The notes beneath the pieces are model-generated. The model searched no databases, was not told the DNA's origin, and saw only the letters and a program-made list of their open reading frames with translations. Both the position numbers and the translations under genes were made by a program. A stretch of 64,000 nucleotides of DNA, taken from an uncultured delta proteobacterium. Lineage in GTDB: Bacteria; Desulfobacterota; Binatia; HRBIN30; BPIQ01. Positions 38,285-51,652 of the stretch are shown in pieces. Location of the stretch: assembly GCA_963761335.1 (NCBI GenBank), contig CAVXGR010000015.1, positions 96,001-160,000 on the forward strand, read 5' to 3'. The number at the start of each line of letters is the position of its first letter. Position 1 is the first letter of the stretch.

Positions 38285-39289
38285 ATGCGGGCCATGGTTT
38301 TGCACAAGCCAGCGCCGATCGACGATTCGCCGCTCCACCTCGAGGATGTGCCCTGCCCCGAGCCGGGAGCGGGCGAGGTGCGGGTGCGGGTCGAGGCCTG
38401 TGGGATATGCCGGACCGATCTGCATGTCACCGAGGGCGAGCTGCCGCCGCAGCGCGATACGGTGATTCCCGGCCATCAGGTAGTCGGCCGGGTCGAGGCC
38501 AGCGGTGCCGGCGCCTCTCGCTTTGCGCCCGGGGCGCGGCTCGGGATCGCCTGGTTGCGGTACACGTGCGGCGTCTGCCGTTACTGTCGTGCCGGCCGCG
38601 AGAACCTGTGCCCCCGCGCGCGCTTCACCGGGTATCACGAGAACGGCGGCTATGCCGAGTACGCCGTGGTTCACGAAGACTACGCCTACGAGATTCCATC
38701 CACTCTCGATGCCGCCGAGACCACGCCGCTGCTGTGCGCCGGCATCATCGGCTATCGCGCCCTGAAGCGCGCCGACATGCGCCCGGGTTGCCGCGTCGGC
38801 CTCTACGGCTTCGGCGCCTCGGCGCACATTGCCATTCAGGTGGCCCTGCACCTCGGCTGCACGGTGTACGTGATGACGCGCGACGAAGGGCACCAACACC
38901 TGGCGCGGCAGCTCGGCGCCGCCTGGGCCGGTGGCGCTGCCGATTCGCCACCGGACAAACTGGACAGCGCCGTTCTCTTCGCTCCGGCCGGCGAGCTGGT
39001 GCCCCCGGCGCTCGAGGCCCTCGACCGCGGTGGCACCTTGGCGCTCGCCGGGATCTATCTGACGCCGGTGCCGCCGCTGGATTACGAGCGACATCTCTTC
39101 TACGAGAAGAACCTCCGCAGCGTCACCGCCAACACCCGCGCCGACGGCAACGAGCTCCTCCAGCTCGCCGCCGAGATCCCGATTCGCCCGCACACCACCG
39201 TCTTCCGCTTCGAAGAGGCCAACGAGGCGCTCCAGCGCCTCAAGCACGACGCCATTCAGGGCGCTGGCGTCCTCGTTTTGTCAGATTGA
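38285..39289 (+). CDS. Zinc-dependent alcohol dehydrogenase family protein
   Basis: CGICRTDLH, PGHQVVG, CGVCRYC..NLC, LLCAGIIGYR, GFGASAH. Confidence 0.93.
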   Translation: MRAMVLHKPAPIDDSPLHLEDVPCPEPGAGEVRVRVEACGICRTDLHVTEGELPPQRDTVIPGHQVVGRVEASGAGASRFAPGARLGIAWLRYTCGVCRYCRAGRENLCPRARFTGYHENGGYAEYAVVHEDYAYEIPSTLDAAETTPLLCAGIIGYRALKRADMRPGCRVGLYGFGASAHIAIQVALHLGCTVYVMTRDEGHQHLARQLGAAWAGGAADSPPDKLDSAVLFAPAGELVPPALEALDRGGTLALAGIYLTPVPPLDYERHLFYEKNLRSVTANTRADGNELLQLAAEIPIRPHTTVFRFEEANEALQRLKHDAIQGAGVLVLSD

Positions 39290-39290
39290 A

Positions 39291-39404
39291 GGGTTGACGG
39301 GATATCGAGTTGTCGGGTTGGCCGAGCTCGTGTCATCCAACTCAGGATCTCGACAACCCGACGACCCGAGAACCCGGTAACCCGACCGATCGAGCCACCG
39401 AGAA
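39291..39404. repeat. Degenerate 8-mer arrays in inverted orientation between convergent genes
   Basis: gggttgac/gagttgtc/gggttggc on the left; ctcgacaa/cccgacga/cccgagaa/cccggtaa on the right. Confidence 0.7.
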
Positions 39405-39412
39405 ACTCTCTC

Positions 39413-39955
39413 TTATTCCTTCCAGCCGGGCGGTGGCGGGATCTGTCGCTCGCCGAGCTGGATCGCATACGCCTCGACGCCGAATCCAGCGCCGCTCCCG
39501 AAGTACATGCTCTCCACGTCCCAGCGCAGCGGCACCGTGTCCCCCGGGGGAATGGTGACGTCCATCTGGCGCTGCAGCTGCTCGAGGTCCTCGGCGCCCG
39601 GACCCGCGTGGCTGGCGATGTGCATGATCAGGCGAACCCCTTTCACCTTCTCCGCGTGCGGGTTCTGCAAGCTGCCGCGCATGCGCATGACGCCGCCGTC
39701 GGTCGTCTGCGAGCCGAGGATCACGTGCAGCGGCGCCAGGCTTTCCACGGTTCGCGCCAACCTGGCGGCGGCCTGCTCCTTCGCCTCCTGGCTCGCGGCG
39801 GCATCGCGCGCGTCGAGCGCCGCCTTCTCGCGAGCCAGCTCGTCGTAGAGGGATGTGCTGTTGGCCGCCGCCGTGCCCTCTTCTGGTGTGCTGCGCGCCG
39901 CGGAGCATCCCGCGAGCAACACCAACATCCCGATGGAAACGCGTCTCAAGGCCAT
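39413..39955 (-). CDS. Hypothetical lipoprotein with a C-terminal Ig-like (FxLYD-like) domain
   Basis: Lipobox LAGC; helical linker; GSLQN...IPPGDTVP beta-domain pattern. Confidence 0.7.
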   Translation of the reverse strand: MALRRVSIGMLVLLAGCSAARSTPEEGTAAANSTSLYDELAREKAALDARDAAASQEAKEQAAARLARTVESLAPLHVILGSQTTDGGVMRMRGSLQNPHAEKVKGVRLIMHIASHAGPGAEDLEQLQRQMDVTIPPGDTVPLRWDVESMYFGSGAGFGVEAYAIQLGERQIPPPPGWKE

Positions 39956-40072
39956 CCCGGTCTCCTTTCCCGCACTTTCCTGGCTTGCACAGCGAGGCTT
40001 TGCGGTCAAGCGAATCAAGCCGGCGCCGTCCTCGCTTTTGCACTAGTGCGGCGCTCCGGCTAAGGAGAGGCA

Positions 40073-40474
40073 ATGCGCCGTTTCGTGCTGCCGCTGCTGG
40101 CGTTCTTCCTGTGGGGTTCACCGGCCGTGGCGCAGGTCACGCCGGGGTCATCCACCTCGGGCGGAGGCGCTCTCGCCATCACCCCGGGGGTGCTGGCGCC
40201 GATGCCGGTCAGTACTCCCGCCGCCCTGGCGCCTCTGCGGCTGACTCCGGCGGTGCCCTTCGGTTACTACCGCTGCTCCTGCAGCCTGGCCTCGGTGGGT
40301 GAGCCGGCGCTGGCGAGTCGCTTCGGCACGGTGCAGACGACGCCGTGGTCGGGCTCGGTCTATGCCCGCACCGACACTGACGCATCCTACAAGGCCCGCA
40401 ACGCCTGCTCGGCCGAGACCGCCGGCCATCTGCTCGACTGCGTCAGCTGCGCCTGCTCGCGCCTCTCCCCCTGA
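40073..40474 (+). CDS. Small secreted Cys-containing hypothetical protein
   Basis: AAGGAG RBS, signal peptide ending AVA-Q, CSC..C..CVSCAC. Confidence 0.65.
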   Translation: MRRFVLPLLAFFLWGSPAVAQVTPGSSTSGGGALAITPGVLAPMPVSTPAALAPLRLTPAVPFGYYRCSCSLASVGEPALASRFGTVQTTPWSGSVYARTDTDASYKARNACSAETAGHLLDCVSCACSRLSP

Positions 40475-40478
40475 TTCG

Positions 40479-41498
40479 TCAGAGCTGGTTGATGCGGTTG
40501 ATGAGCATGCGCAGGCGGCCGAAGTTGGTGCGGTTGAAGTGCAGCGCCAGGCGCGGCAGTGAGAAGATCTCGGCATCGGTGCGCTCGGCCGAGAAGGCGG
40601 AGCGCTGGACGATCTTCCCCTTCACCAGGATGTCGCCGAAGTCCCGGTTCAGGGCCGCCACGGCCTCCGGAGGGAGTGGCCGGTTGAGGCGAATGACCAG
40701 CTGGTCGCGTACGTAGCGCGACGAGTGGTAGACGCGATAGAACGCGGTCATCTCCTCGACCGCTTCATCGAGATCCTGGGTCACGAGAAAGAGCGCCAGA
40801 TCCTCCTCGGAGATCATCCGCTGCCGCAGGATGTGCTCGATGACGTAGCGCTTCCAGGTGCGCCAGTAGGTGCCACGCGGCTGGTCGAGGAAAACCACCG
40901 GCATGAGCTTGCTCTTGCCGGTCTGCATCAGGGTGAGCACCTCGAAGCCCTCGTCGTGGGTTCCGAAGCCCCCGGGGAACAGGGCGACGCCGTCCGCCTC
41001 CTTCACGAAGAAGAGCTTGCGGGTGAAGAAATATTTGAAGTTCACCAGCTTCTGGTCGCCGGTGATGATCGGGTTTGCCGACTGCTCGAAGGGCAGGCGG
41101 ATGTTGATGCCGAAGCTGCGCTCGCGGCCGGCGCCGCGCTGGCAGGCCTCCATGATGCCCGGTCCGGCCCCGGTGATGATCATGAAGCCGGCGTCGGCCA
41201 TGCGGCTGGCAAACGCCTCCGCCTGCTTGAAGGCCGCCGCGTGCGACGCCGTTCGCGCCGAGCCGAAAATGCTGATCTTGCGAATGTGGCGGTAGGCCTT
41301 GAAGACGCGGAAGGCGTAGCGCATCTCGCGCAGCGCCGCATTGATGATCTTGAGGTCGCCGAGCCCGGCCTTGTCGCCCAGCAGCCGCTGCGCGGTAGCG
41401 ACGATCTCGCGGACGTAGCGCTCCGGCTCGGCGATGGCGCCGGTGGATTCCTCGTCCCCACTGCTCAGGCTGTGGGAGGACGGCGGGACTTGGCTCAC
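40479..41498 (-). CDS. LOG family (TIGR00730-like) Rossmann-fold protein
   Basis: SIFGSART, TGAGPGIMEA, KYFFTRK, FPGGFGTHDE, QTGK. Start approximate. Confidence 0.9.
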   Translation of the reverse strand: MSQVPPSSHSLSSGDEESTGAIAEPERYVREIVATAQRLLGDKAGLGDLKIINAALREMRYAFRVFKAYRHIRKISIFGSARTASHAAAFKQAEAFASRMADAGFMIITGAGPGIMEACQRGAGRERSFGINIRLPFEQSANPIITGDQKLVNFKYFFTRKLFFVKEADGVALFPGGFGTHDEGFEVLTLMQTGKSKLMPVVFLDQPRGTYWRTWKRYVIEHILRQRMISEEDLALFLVTQDLDEAVEEMTAFYRVYHSSRYVRDQLVIRLNRPLPPEAVAALNRDFGDILVKGKIVQRSAFSAERTDAEIFSLPRLALHFNRTNFGRLRMLINRINQL

Positions 41499-41532
41499 GT
41501 GCCGGGAGCCTCGTGTCGGCGGTGGGCGCGGC

Positions 41533-43572
41533 TCACAAGAGCCGCTCCAGCTCCGCCCAGGTCGTCGCCGGCGGCGAGCAGGTGCGATTGCTGCAGACGT
41601 ACACCGTCGGCTTGCCGTCGACGCGTTCCTTGCCGGCGAGCATCGGCGGCATGGATGCGGATCGCGGATCGACGATCTGCAAGGTTCGGTTGGGGAGGTA
41701 GCGCCGCCGAAGCTGCGAAACGATCTCCTGCGCTGCCGGCTCCTCGAGGCTGCCCAGAAGAACGATCTCGTGCGGGCCGTGGACGTAGAAGTCGAGGGCG
41801 CAGAGCATGTTGGCGAAGCCGAAGGGCTGCTGTCGCATGGCGGCATGGAAGAGACGCAGCAGCTTCTCGGCCAGGTCCATGTAGCGGCCTTCCCCGGTGT
41901 AGAAGTGCAGGCGCAACAAGGCACTCGCCGCCACCGAGTTTCCGGACGGGATCGAGCCATCGAACGCCGGTTTCGAGCGGACGATCAGCTCTTCGTGGTC
42001 GTCGCTGGTGAAGTAGAAGCCGCCGCCGCGATCGTCCCAGAAGTGCGCGATCATCACCTCGGTGACCTCGGCCGCGCGCCGCAGATGCTGCGCGTCCTGG
42101 GAGGCTTCGAACAGGTCGAGGAGAGCGCTGGCCAGAAAGGCATGGTCATCGAGATAGGCATTCAGCTTGGCCTCGCCGTCCTTGAAGGTGCTGCGCAGAC
42201 GCCCGTTCTGCCAGAGGCGTCGGAAGACGAAATCGGCGGCCTCTCGCGCCACCGCCAGGTGTCGGCTTTCGCCGAGCACCTCGGCGGCGCGGGCGAAGGC
42301 GCCGATCATCAGGGCGTTCCAGGCGGTGAGGACCTTGTCGTCGAGCCCGGGTTTGACACGTCGCTCGCGGCGCTCGAAGAGGCGAGCGCGCGCCTCTTCG
42401 AGACGTCGGCGCGTCTCCTCGACATCGAGCCCGAAGAGCCGCGCCAGCGGCTCGATCTCGAGGGTAGGGTGCAGGATGTTGCTTCCCTCGAAGTTGCCGA
42501 AGTCGGTGATGTCATAGTAGCGGCAGAAGAGATCGGCGTCCCGATCGCCGAGGACCTCGCGGACCTCCTCTGGCGTCCACACGAAGAACTTGCCCTCCTC
42601 GCCCTCGCTGTCGGCGTCCTGGCTGGAGTAGAAGCCGCCCTCCGGGTGGCGCATCTCGCGGCGCACGTATTCGAGAATGTCTCCGGCGACGGCGGCAAAG
42701 AATGGATCGCCGGCCGCCTGGTAGGTATCGAGATAGAGGCAGACGAGCTGGGCGTTGTCGTAGAGCATCTTCTCGAAGTGCGGCACCAGCCAACGCTCGT
42801 CGACCGAGTATCGGTGGAAGCCGCCACCGAGGTGATCGTACATGCCGCCGCGCGCCATCTGGCGCAGCGTGTGCGTCGCCATGTCGAGGAAGCGCCGTTC
42901 GCCGGTGGCGTGGTGGACGCGCAGGAAGAGCGCGAAGGCGGACTCGTTCGGGAACTTGGGAGCGCGGCCCAGGCCGCCGTGCTCGGAATCGTATGCCTGC
43001 GCCAGGGACTCGGCGGCGTGGATCACCGTCTGCTCGACCAGCGCTTCGTCGCTCGTCTGGTAGGCGTCGAGCCGCTGCAGGCCCTGGATCAGCTTGCCGA
43101 CTGTTTCCCGGACGTCCTGCGGCCGCTCGCGGTAGGCGGCGGCGATCGAGGTGAGCACCCGGCGGAACCCGGGCATGTTGTGGCGATCGTCCGGAGGGAA
43201 GTAGGTACCTCCGTAGAACGGCTCCCCGGCGGGTGTCAGGAACACCGTGAGAGGCCAGCCGCCGTGGCCGGTCATCATCTGCACCGCGTTCATGTAGATG
43301 TGATCGAGGTCAGGGCGCTCCTCGCGGTCGACCTTGATGTTGACGAAGCTGCCGTTCATCAGCGCGGCGATCTCTTCGTTCTCGAAGGACTCGCGCTCCA
43401 TGACGTGACACCAGTGGCAGGCGGAGTAGCCGATGCTCAGCAGGATGGGGCGATCGTCGCGGCGGGCGTGCTCCAGCGCCTCGGCGCCCCACGGGTACCA
43501 GTCCACCGGGTTGTGCTGATGCTGGCGGAGATAGGGGCTCGTCTCGCGGGCCAATCGATTGGTATGCTGCAT
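41533..43572 (-). CDS. YyaL/DUF255 thioredoxin-domain protein (SPATA20-like)
   Basis: [53 protein letters not shown]. Confidence 0.95.
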   Translation of the reverse strand: MQHTNRLARETSPYLRQHQHNPVDWYPWGAEALEHARRDDRPILLSIGYSACHWCHVMERESFENEEIAALMNGSFVNIKVDREERPDLDHIYMNAVQMMTGHGGWPLTVFLTPAGEPFYGGTYFPPDDRHNMPGFRRVLTSIAAAYRERPQDVRETVGKLIQGLQRLDAYQTSDEALVEQTVIHAAESLAQAYDSEHGGLGRAPKFPNESAFALFLRVHHATGERRFLDMATHTLRQMARGGMYDHLGGGFHRYSVDERWLVPHFEKMLYDNAQLVCLYLDTYQAAGDPFFAAVAGDILEYVRREMRHPEGGFYSSQDADSEGEEGKFFVWTPEEVREVLGDRDADLFCRYYDITDFGNFEGSNILHPTLEIEPLARLFGLDVEETRRRLEEARARLFERRERRVKPGLDDKVLTAWNALMIGAFARAAEVLGESRHLAVAREAADFVFRRLWQNGRLRSTFKDGEAKLNAYLDDHAFLASALLDLFEASQDAQHLRRAAEVTEVMIAHFWDDRGGGFYFTSDDHEELIVRSKPAFDGSIPSGNSVAASALLRLHFYTGEGRYMDLAEKLLRLFHAAMRQQPFGFANMLCALDFYVHGPHEIVLLGSLEEPAAQEIVSQLRRRYLPNRTLQIVDPRSASMPPMLAGKERVDGKPTVYVCSNRTCSPPATTWAELERLL

Positions 43573-43716
43573 GAGCTCGGTCCTCGGCCGCAGTGCGGAA
43601 TCGGATGTCGTATGCTTCATCCTATAGAACTGCATCGCCCGGGTACAGGGAACGGGCGCGGCTCGGTATCCTTCGCTCTTCTCTCGCTGCGGCGAATACG
43701 GCATGTGTGAAGGCGC

Positions 43717-45951
43717 ATGGACGGTTCTGCGCACCGCGAGCGCCGGCATCTGCTGTTGATCGGCGGCGGCCACAGTCACCTTCACGTCCTCCGCATGGCC
43801 GCCATGGAGCCGATTGCCGCGGGCCGCATCACGCTGGTTGCCCCGGAGCCGTACGCCATGTACTCCGGCATGATCCCCGGCGCCATCGCCGGGCTGTACC
43901 GCATCGACGAGGCGCGTATCGACCTGCGGGCTCTGGCGGCGCGGGCCGGTATTCGCTTCCTGCGGGATCGGGCCGTGGAGATCGACGCCGCGGCGCACCG
44001 GGTGCACTGCGCCGAGCTGCCGCCGCTGCACTACGACGTTCTCTCCGTGGACATCGGCTCGCGTCCGCGCGCCGCCCCTGCGGCTCCCGCGCTGCTGCCG
44101 ATCAGGCCGATCGAAGGGGCCGTGCAGCGTTTGCTGGAGTTTGCCGAGGCGGCGCGCGCCGGCCGGATCGCCGGGCGCATCGCCGTGGTTGGCGCCGGTG
44201 CCGGCGGCGTCGAGGTGGCCTTCGCCGTCCGCGCCCGGCTCGGCGATCTCGAGGGCGCGGCGATCACTCTGATCGACCGCGCCGCCGTTCCTCTTCCCGG
44301 CTATGGTCGGCGGATGTCGGCGCGCGTGGCGCGGCTGCTGCCGCAGTACGGTATCGACTTCATCGGCAACGCCGAGGTGGCGGCGATCGATGCCGGAGCC
44401 CTGCTGTCCGACGGCCGCCGCATCGATGCGGAGCTGATCGTGTGGGCGAGCGGTGCCGAGGGGCTGCCTCTGCTCGGGGAATTGCGACTGCCGGTGGACG
44501 ACCGCGGCTTTCTCCTCGTCGACCAGACCCTGCGCTGTATCGCCGATCCCTCGATCTTCGCCGCCGGTGACTGCGCCACCCTGGCGAAGTACCCGCAGAC
44601 GCCCAAGGCGGGCGTATACGCCGTGCGCCAGGGGCCGGTGCTGTGGCGCAACCTGCGCGCGGTATTGACCGACAGCGGCAGCCTCAAGCGCTATCGGCCA
44701 CAGAGCGGCTTCCTCTCGCTGCTGTCCACCGGCGACGGCGCGGCGCTGCTGAGCTACCACGGGCTGACGGCGCACGGCGCCTGGGTGTGGCGGTTGAAGG
44801 ACCGCATCGATCGCCGCTTCATCGAGCAGCACTCGCCGCCGCGTGCCGAACAGTTCGCGACCGCCGATCGCGGTCGAGCGGCGCTGTCGACGGTGCCCAT
44901 GGGTGCGGGCGAGATGGCCCCATGCGGCGGTTGCGCCGCGAAGGTGAGCGGCGACGTGCTGGCACGGGTCCTGCGCCGCTTGCCCCGGGAGGCCGACGAG
45001 AGCGTCGTCGTCGGCCTCGAGGAGCCGGACGATGCCGCCGTCGTCCGCCACCGCGACGGCCACGACGTGGTGTCGACCGTGGACTTCTTCCCGCCCTTTC
45101 TCGACGACCCCTACGTGGTCGGTGGCGTTGCTGCGGTGAACGCCGCCAGCGATCTGTACGCCATGGGAGCCGAGCCGACGGCGGCGATCGCGCTGGTCGC
45201 CCTGCCGGCGTCCGGCGAGGAGGAGACCGAGGAGACCCTCGAGCTGCTGCTGCAAGGAGCGGTGAAAAAGCTGGGCGAGATGGGGGTGCCGCTGGTGGGC
45301 GGTCACACCATCGAAGGCGAGCAGCTTCTCGTCGGTTTCGCGGTTCTCGGCTCCGCCGCGCCGGGCGGTCTGCTGCGCAAGTCGGGGGCCCGCGCCGGTG
45401 ATCGACTGGTGCTCACCAAGCCGCTGGGGACGGGGGTGATTCTCGCTGCGGCGCGCGCTGGGCTGGCGCCCGCGACCTGGGTGGAGTCGGCGATTGTCTC
45501 GATGTTGCGCTCCAACCGTGTGGCCTCGATCGAGCTCAGCCGCCTCGGCGTGTGCGCCTGCACCGACGTCACCGGTTTCGGGCTGGCCGGTCATCTGGCG
45601 GAGATGCTGCGCGCTTCCGGGGTTGCGGCACGCCTCGAGCTGGAGCATCTGCCGGCATTGCCCGGCGCTATCGAGCTCCTCGGCGCCGGCGTGCGGAGCT
45701 CATTTCACGAGCGCAACCGGGCATATCGCCGCCTGATCAGCGGCCCCACTGCGGCCGTCGCCGATCTCCGCTGCGAGCTGCTCGCCGACCCGCAGACCTC
45801 AGGGGGTCTGCTGGCGTCGGTGCCGGTGGAAGGGCTCGCTGAGCTGCGCGCTGCCCTGCATTGCGAAGGGGAGAGCTGTCACGAGATCGGCAGCATCGTC
45901 GCCGGCGACGGCATCATCGAGCTGGTCGCTGACGCGTCTAGCGCACCGTGA
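43717..45951 (+). CDS. selD: Selenide, water dikinase with an N-terminal FAD-dependent oxidoreductase domain
   Basis: [23 protein letters not shown], then [49 protein letters not shown]. Confidence 0.93.
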   Translation: MDGSAHRERRHLLLIGGGHSHLHVLRMAAMEPIAAGRITLVAPEPYAMYSGMIPGAIAGLYRIDEARIDLRALAARAGIRFLRDRAVEIDAAAHRVHCAELPPLHYDVLSVDIGSRPRAAPAAPALLPIRPIEGAVQRLLEFAEAARAGRIAGRIAVVGAGAGGVEVAFAVRARLGDLEGAAITLIDRAAVPLPGYGRRMSARVARLLPQYGIDFIGNAEVAAIDAGALLSDGRRIDAELIVWASGAEGLPLLGELRLPVDDRGFLLVDQTLRCIADPSIFAAGDCATLAKYPQTPKAGVYAVRQGPVLWRNLRAVLTDSGSLKRYRPQSGFLSLLSTGDGAALLSYHGLTAHGAWVWRLKDRIDRRFIEQHSPPRAEQFATADRGRAALSTVPMGAGEMAPCGGCAAKVSGDVLARVLRRLPREADESVVVGLEEPDDAAVVRHRDGHDVVSTVDFFPPFLDDPYVVGGVAAVNAASDLYAMGAEPTAAIALVALPASGEEETEETLELLLQGAVKKLGEMGVPLVGGHTIEGEQLLVGFAVLGSAAPGGLLRKSGARAGDRLVLTKPLGTGVILAAARAGLAPATWVESAIVSMLRSNRVASIELSRLGVCACTDVTGFGLAGHLAEMLRASGVAARLELEHLPALPGAIELLGAGVRSSFHERNRAYRRLISGPTAAVADLRCELLADPQTSGGLLASVPVEGLAELRAALHCEGESCHEIGSIVAGDGIIELVADASSAP

Positions 45952-46333
45952 CCACGACGCGCCTTTCCCTGGGTCCGTCGAGCTCCACCAGCATCACCGC
46001 CTGCCAGGTGCCGAGCAGCAGCCGCCCCTCGCGAACCGGAATCGTCTCGCTGGGGCCGAGAATGGTGGCCTTGATGTGAGCCGCGGCGTTGTTGTCGACC
46101 CGGTCGTGCCTCCAGCGTCCTTCCGGGATGAGCGCGCCGAGCGCCTCGAGAACGTCCTCGCAGACGTTCGGGTCATCGTTCTCGTTGATCACCACGGCGG
46201 CGGTGGCATGGGGGACGTAGACCGAGCACAGGCCTTCGTCCAGCCCGGTATCGTGCACCAGCTCTCGCAGCTTCTCGGTGAGATCGAGCATCTGGTACTT
46301 GCGCTGCGAGCGCAGCCGGAGCTCCGTTTGCAT
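45938..46333 (-). CDS. yjbQ: YjbQ (UPF0047) family protein
   Basis: PHATAAVVINEN, NAAAHIKA, LLGTWQ, ELDGPRER. Confidence 0.9.
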   Translation of the reverse strand: MQTELRLRSQRKYQMLDLTEKLRELVHDTGLDEGLCSVYVPHATAAVVINENDDPNVCEDVLEALGALIPEGRWRHDRVDNNAAAHIKATILGPSETIPVREGRLLLGTWQAVMLVELDGPRERRVVVTVR

Positions 46334-47082
46334 CACATGAAGGCGCCGCCGTCGATGCGGAAGATCTTGCCGGTGACGAAGGAGGCGTCTTCCGAGGCGA
46401 GATAGACGGCCATCCTGCCGACCTCCTCCGGCCGACCTGGTCGGCCGAGGGGAATGCCGCTCACCAAGGCGTCGCCGTAGAATTTGATCATGCGCTCTCC
46501 CATGTCCGAGGCAATCAGTCCGGGGGCGATGCAGTTGACGCGTACTCCGGCCGGGGCGCATTCCTTGGCGAGTGATTTGGTGAGGGCGTTCACCCCGGCC
46601 TTGGCGACGTAGTACGGGGCGCCAAAGGGGGCGCAGGTATCGGCGCCGATCGAGGAGATCAGAATGATCGAGCCCTTCCCGCGATCGACGAGGTGCTTTG
46701 CCGTGGCCTTACAGGTGTAGAAGACGCCGTCGAGGTTCACGCCGGTCACCTTGTGCCAGTGCTCGACGTCGAGCTCCCAGACCGGCTGCACGCGCGAGGC
46801 GATTCCCGAGTTGGCGACGACGATGTCGAGGTGACCGAAGAACCGCAGCGCCTCGTCGGTCATCTGGCGGACGGCTTGCCAGTCGGAAACATCGGCCTGG
46901 ATCGCCAGAGCGGTTCCGCCGAGAGCCTCGATGGCGGCGACTGTATCGCTTGCGGCGGCGCCGTCGCGGCGATAGTTGACGGCGACGTTTGCGCCCTCAC
47001 GGGCAAGCTCGATGGCGATACCGCGACCGATACCGCGGGAGGCGCCGGTCACCAGCGCGTTCTGCCCCGCCAATCTACTCAT
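46333..47082 (-). CDS. Short-chain dehydrogenase/reductase (FabG-like)
   Basis: TGASRGIG, NSGI, YYVAK (YxxxK), NCIAPG, DGG. Confidence 0.92.
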   Translation of the reverse strand: MSRLAGQNALVTGASRGIGRGIAIELAREGANVAVNYRRDGAAASDTVAAIEALGGTALAIQADVSDWQAVRQMTDEALRFFGHLDIVVANSGIASRVQPVWELDVEHWHKVTGVNLDGVFYTCKATAKHLVDRGKGSIILISSIGADTCAPFGAPYYVAKAGVNALTKSLAKECAPAGVRVNCIAPGLIASDMGERMIKFYGDALVSGIPLGRPGRPEEVGRMAVYLASEDASFVTGKIFRIDGGAFM

Positions 47083-47165
47083 GCAGCTGCAGGCGCGACG
47101 GCGTGTGGCGAAGGCGGCGGTGTATCATCCTCTTCCGCAAATGGACGGAGGGGAGAATCGATGTC

Positions 47166-47351
47166 TCAGAGATTGCCGGCCGAATCTGGCTCGATGGCGT
47201 CCTCGCCGAGCTCCTCCTCGTCGTCGCCTTCACCCGTCTTCTTGGCTTCCCGCCGCTCCATCTTCTTCTTCAACTTCTCTTCCTGCTTGAGCTTGCGTGC
47301 CATTTCCTTACGGCGCTTCTGATCGCGTTTGAAGGTTTTTCCCCCGGCCAT
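47166..47351 (-). CDS. Small basic/acidic hypothetical protein (61 aa)
   Basis: AAGGAG RBS; Lys/Arg-rich helix followed by an acidic tail. Confidence 0.65.
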   Translation of the reverse strand: MAGGKTFKRDQKRRKEMARKLKQEEKLKKKMERREAKKTGEGDDEEELGEDAIEPDSAGNL

Positions 47352-47480
47352 GGCTGCTCCTTCCCTGCCCGGTGCGTGACCATCTGGACTCGATGATCGG
47401 GGCAGCTCTGATTGAAAATCGAGTGCAGGGCGCAGCCTACCAGAGTCATCTCAGGCAGGCAATTGCGCACCCGGGGCTGG

Positions 47481-49187
47481 TCATTGCGGCATGGCCGACG
47501 CGGACGTTTCGAGGGCGCCGCAGCGGAGGTCGACGTCCAGCGGTCCGGGTGGCAGCGAGTCGAGGTCGAGCCGGAATGCGGTCAGGTGCAGGCTCAGGCC
47601 GCCGTGTCGCGGGTGCAGGCTGAGCCGCAACTGCCGCGAGCGCTGCCGGGTGGTGATGCTGCCACCGGCGAGCCGCAGCGCTGCGGGAGGCAGAAAAACG
47701 CTCAGCGCCTCGGTGTCGCCGGCGGTCACCTGCAGCCAAATTCCCGAGCCCGTGGCGTCGAGTAGCGGCAGAGCGGCTGGCGGCAGCCAGGCCTGCAGTC
47801 TCAGGCTGTCGCGACCGCCGCCGCGACGAGCCAGATGAATCTTGACGTCGGTGAGGAGAGAGACGTCCAGCGGGCGTTCGCAAGCGCCGCGATCGATACC
47901 GCCACCGACGGGCCGCGGCGACCCGAGGAGATCGTCGGGAGGCGATCCGTCATCCGCGCCGCTGTCCAGTGCCGGGCTGTCCTTCTCCGGATAGGGGATT
48001 CCCTCGGCCAGCCGCGGGTCGAGGGATAGGGTATGTGCTCCCTGGCCCATGGCGCGATTCCAGTAGCCGCTGTTGACGTCGTCGGCGGTGAAGATGGTCT
48101 CGCCGCCGTCTCCGAACTGCTCGATCAGCGATCCGGAGGTCGGGCGGAAGAGAATGTCGTAATCCTCGATGAGGACGATGCCGTGTTGATAGCTGATCGC
48201 CTTCCCCGGGCCGGCGATGATGCTGTTGCGAAGCTCGAGGGTGAAGCCGTCGCCGTCGCCGCGCACGCCGGTGGCGTTGTCCGTCACCGTGGCGTTGTGG
48301 ACGACGATCCGCGCTCCGGCCGCTCCGGCCGCCGTGATCCCCGTCTTGTTGGCCTGGATCAACGCGTTCTCGACGTATGCGTCGTTCCACAGCTTCATGC
48401 CACTGCAGCCGTTGCCGATGCTGTAGGCGCGCAGGATACTGACGTTGGCCGCCTTCAGATCGAAGCCGTCCTCCGCGTTGCCGCTCGCCGTCACCCGCTC
48501 GAAGCGCAGGTTCGAGACCGACTCGTCGGCACAGAAGCCGTCGGCATCGCCGTTGCAGCCCTGGCCGTCGTCATTGTCGCGGCTCACGGTGTCGGAGAAG
48601 TCGATGGATTCGGCGTGGTCGAAGATGCGGATGGCGGCGCGACCGTTTTCGTGTACCGTGCACTTTCGGACCGAAACCCGGCTGGCGCCCTGTATCCAGA
48701 TGCCGTTGCGGTTGTGGTGGATGTCCAGGGCGACGAGCTCGACGTCGTGAACACCCGGACGTACGAAGACGCTTTCCGCGTACCCGCCGCGGGCTTCGAA
48801 CCCCTCGATGCGCACGTAGGCGGCGCCCGCGTCGAGGTCGAAGGCCGAGAGGCTCCGGGACGGATCGGGGCTCTCGAGGACCGCTCCCGGCTCGCCCTGG
48901 ACGACCATTGGCGCCACGGCGCTGCCGCCGTGGTCGAGATAGACAGATTCCTGGTAGGTGCCCGGGAGGACCGAGATCACGTCGCCCGGGCCGGCCGCGT
49001 CGACGGCATGCTGAATGGTTGCCCACGGGTTATCGGCGCTGCCGTCGCCCGCATCTGATCCGTGCTCGGCAACGTAGTGCAGGGTCGCCTCGCCGCCCCT
49101 GTAGACCGGGGCGGCGCTCAGGGCCAGTGCGGCAGTGAATGTCAGCAGGACTGTCGAGAGGCGTCTGGTGAGTCACGTTTTCCGCAT
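47481..49187 (-). pseudogene. Secreted right-handed beta-helix protein; frame interrupted by TGA at codon 5 (or a non-canonical start)
   Basis: Frame reads MRKT*LTRRLSTVLLTFTAALALSAA...YVAEHGSDAGDGSADNPWATIQHAVD..PGDVISVLPGTY, then beta-helix repeats and SPALDSG..IDRGA. The protein family call is firm; pseudogene status is not. Confidence 0.55.
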
Positions 49188-49428
49188 GACCGTGTCCCGG
49201 CGGCGAAACAGAACGCCGCCACGCCGATAACACGGTACCGGCTTACTACCCGCGCCCGGAGGTTCGCAGCCTCGGGTCGGGTTCTGGTCGTGGTTGTGCA
49301 ACTGCCGTGCCCAAGGTCGACCGCGCGCCCTTGGCGTTGTGCTGGGGCCCCGGTGGATCGCGATACGCGGAGCCGAAGCGTTACTGGGATGACTGGATCG
49401 GGAAAACAGTTGAAGGAGCATCGCGGGG

Positions 49429-49457
49429 TTGACCGGCGGAGAATACTTCCGTACAAG
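49429..49457 (+). promoter_or_regulatory. Candidate sigma70 promoter upstream of rpoD
   Basis: TTGACC-17 nt-TACAAG. A second candidate, TTGACT..TGcTTTAAT, lies at 49566-49593. Confidence 0.4.
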
Positions 49458-49744
49458 GCTGGCTATTGATCTCATGGGGGAGGGCAGCCTCCGGGGGCGG
49501 TGGTGGAAGTTCGCGTCCGGGGGCGGCGCTGGAGTGCAATCGGGAAAAAAATCTTTGCTCCCGCCTTGACTGTACGCCCTTGCCTGCTTTAATTGTCACC
49601 TGTACACGGACTCCCCGCTTTTCAAGCACGATTGCGTTGCATTTGCTTGATACCTTCTCTCACTTCGGAGCGATCTCACTTTCCTGGAGCAATTGGCTCG
49701 TCCTGTGCTGGGTGCGCAGTGAAGCCGCGGCGTCCGTAGGTTAA

Positions 49745-51598
<1,854 letters not shown>

Positions 51599-51652
51599 GG
51601 CGGGACACGGACGGGCGGGTCGACCGCAGGAAGCGGCAACCAAGGAGCACGT

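Noticed and set aside
44915..44945. Selenocysteine in SelD
   Set aside because: The active-site codons are TGC (Cys); no in-frame TGA.
41533..45648. 1371-aa minus-strand ORF as one giant protein
   Set aside because: Only 41533-43572 is the YyaL-like gene; the upstream part is the open antisense frame of selD.
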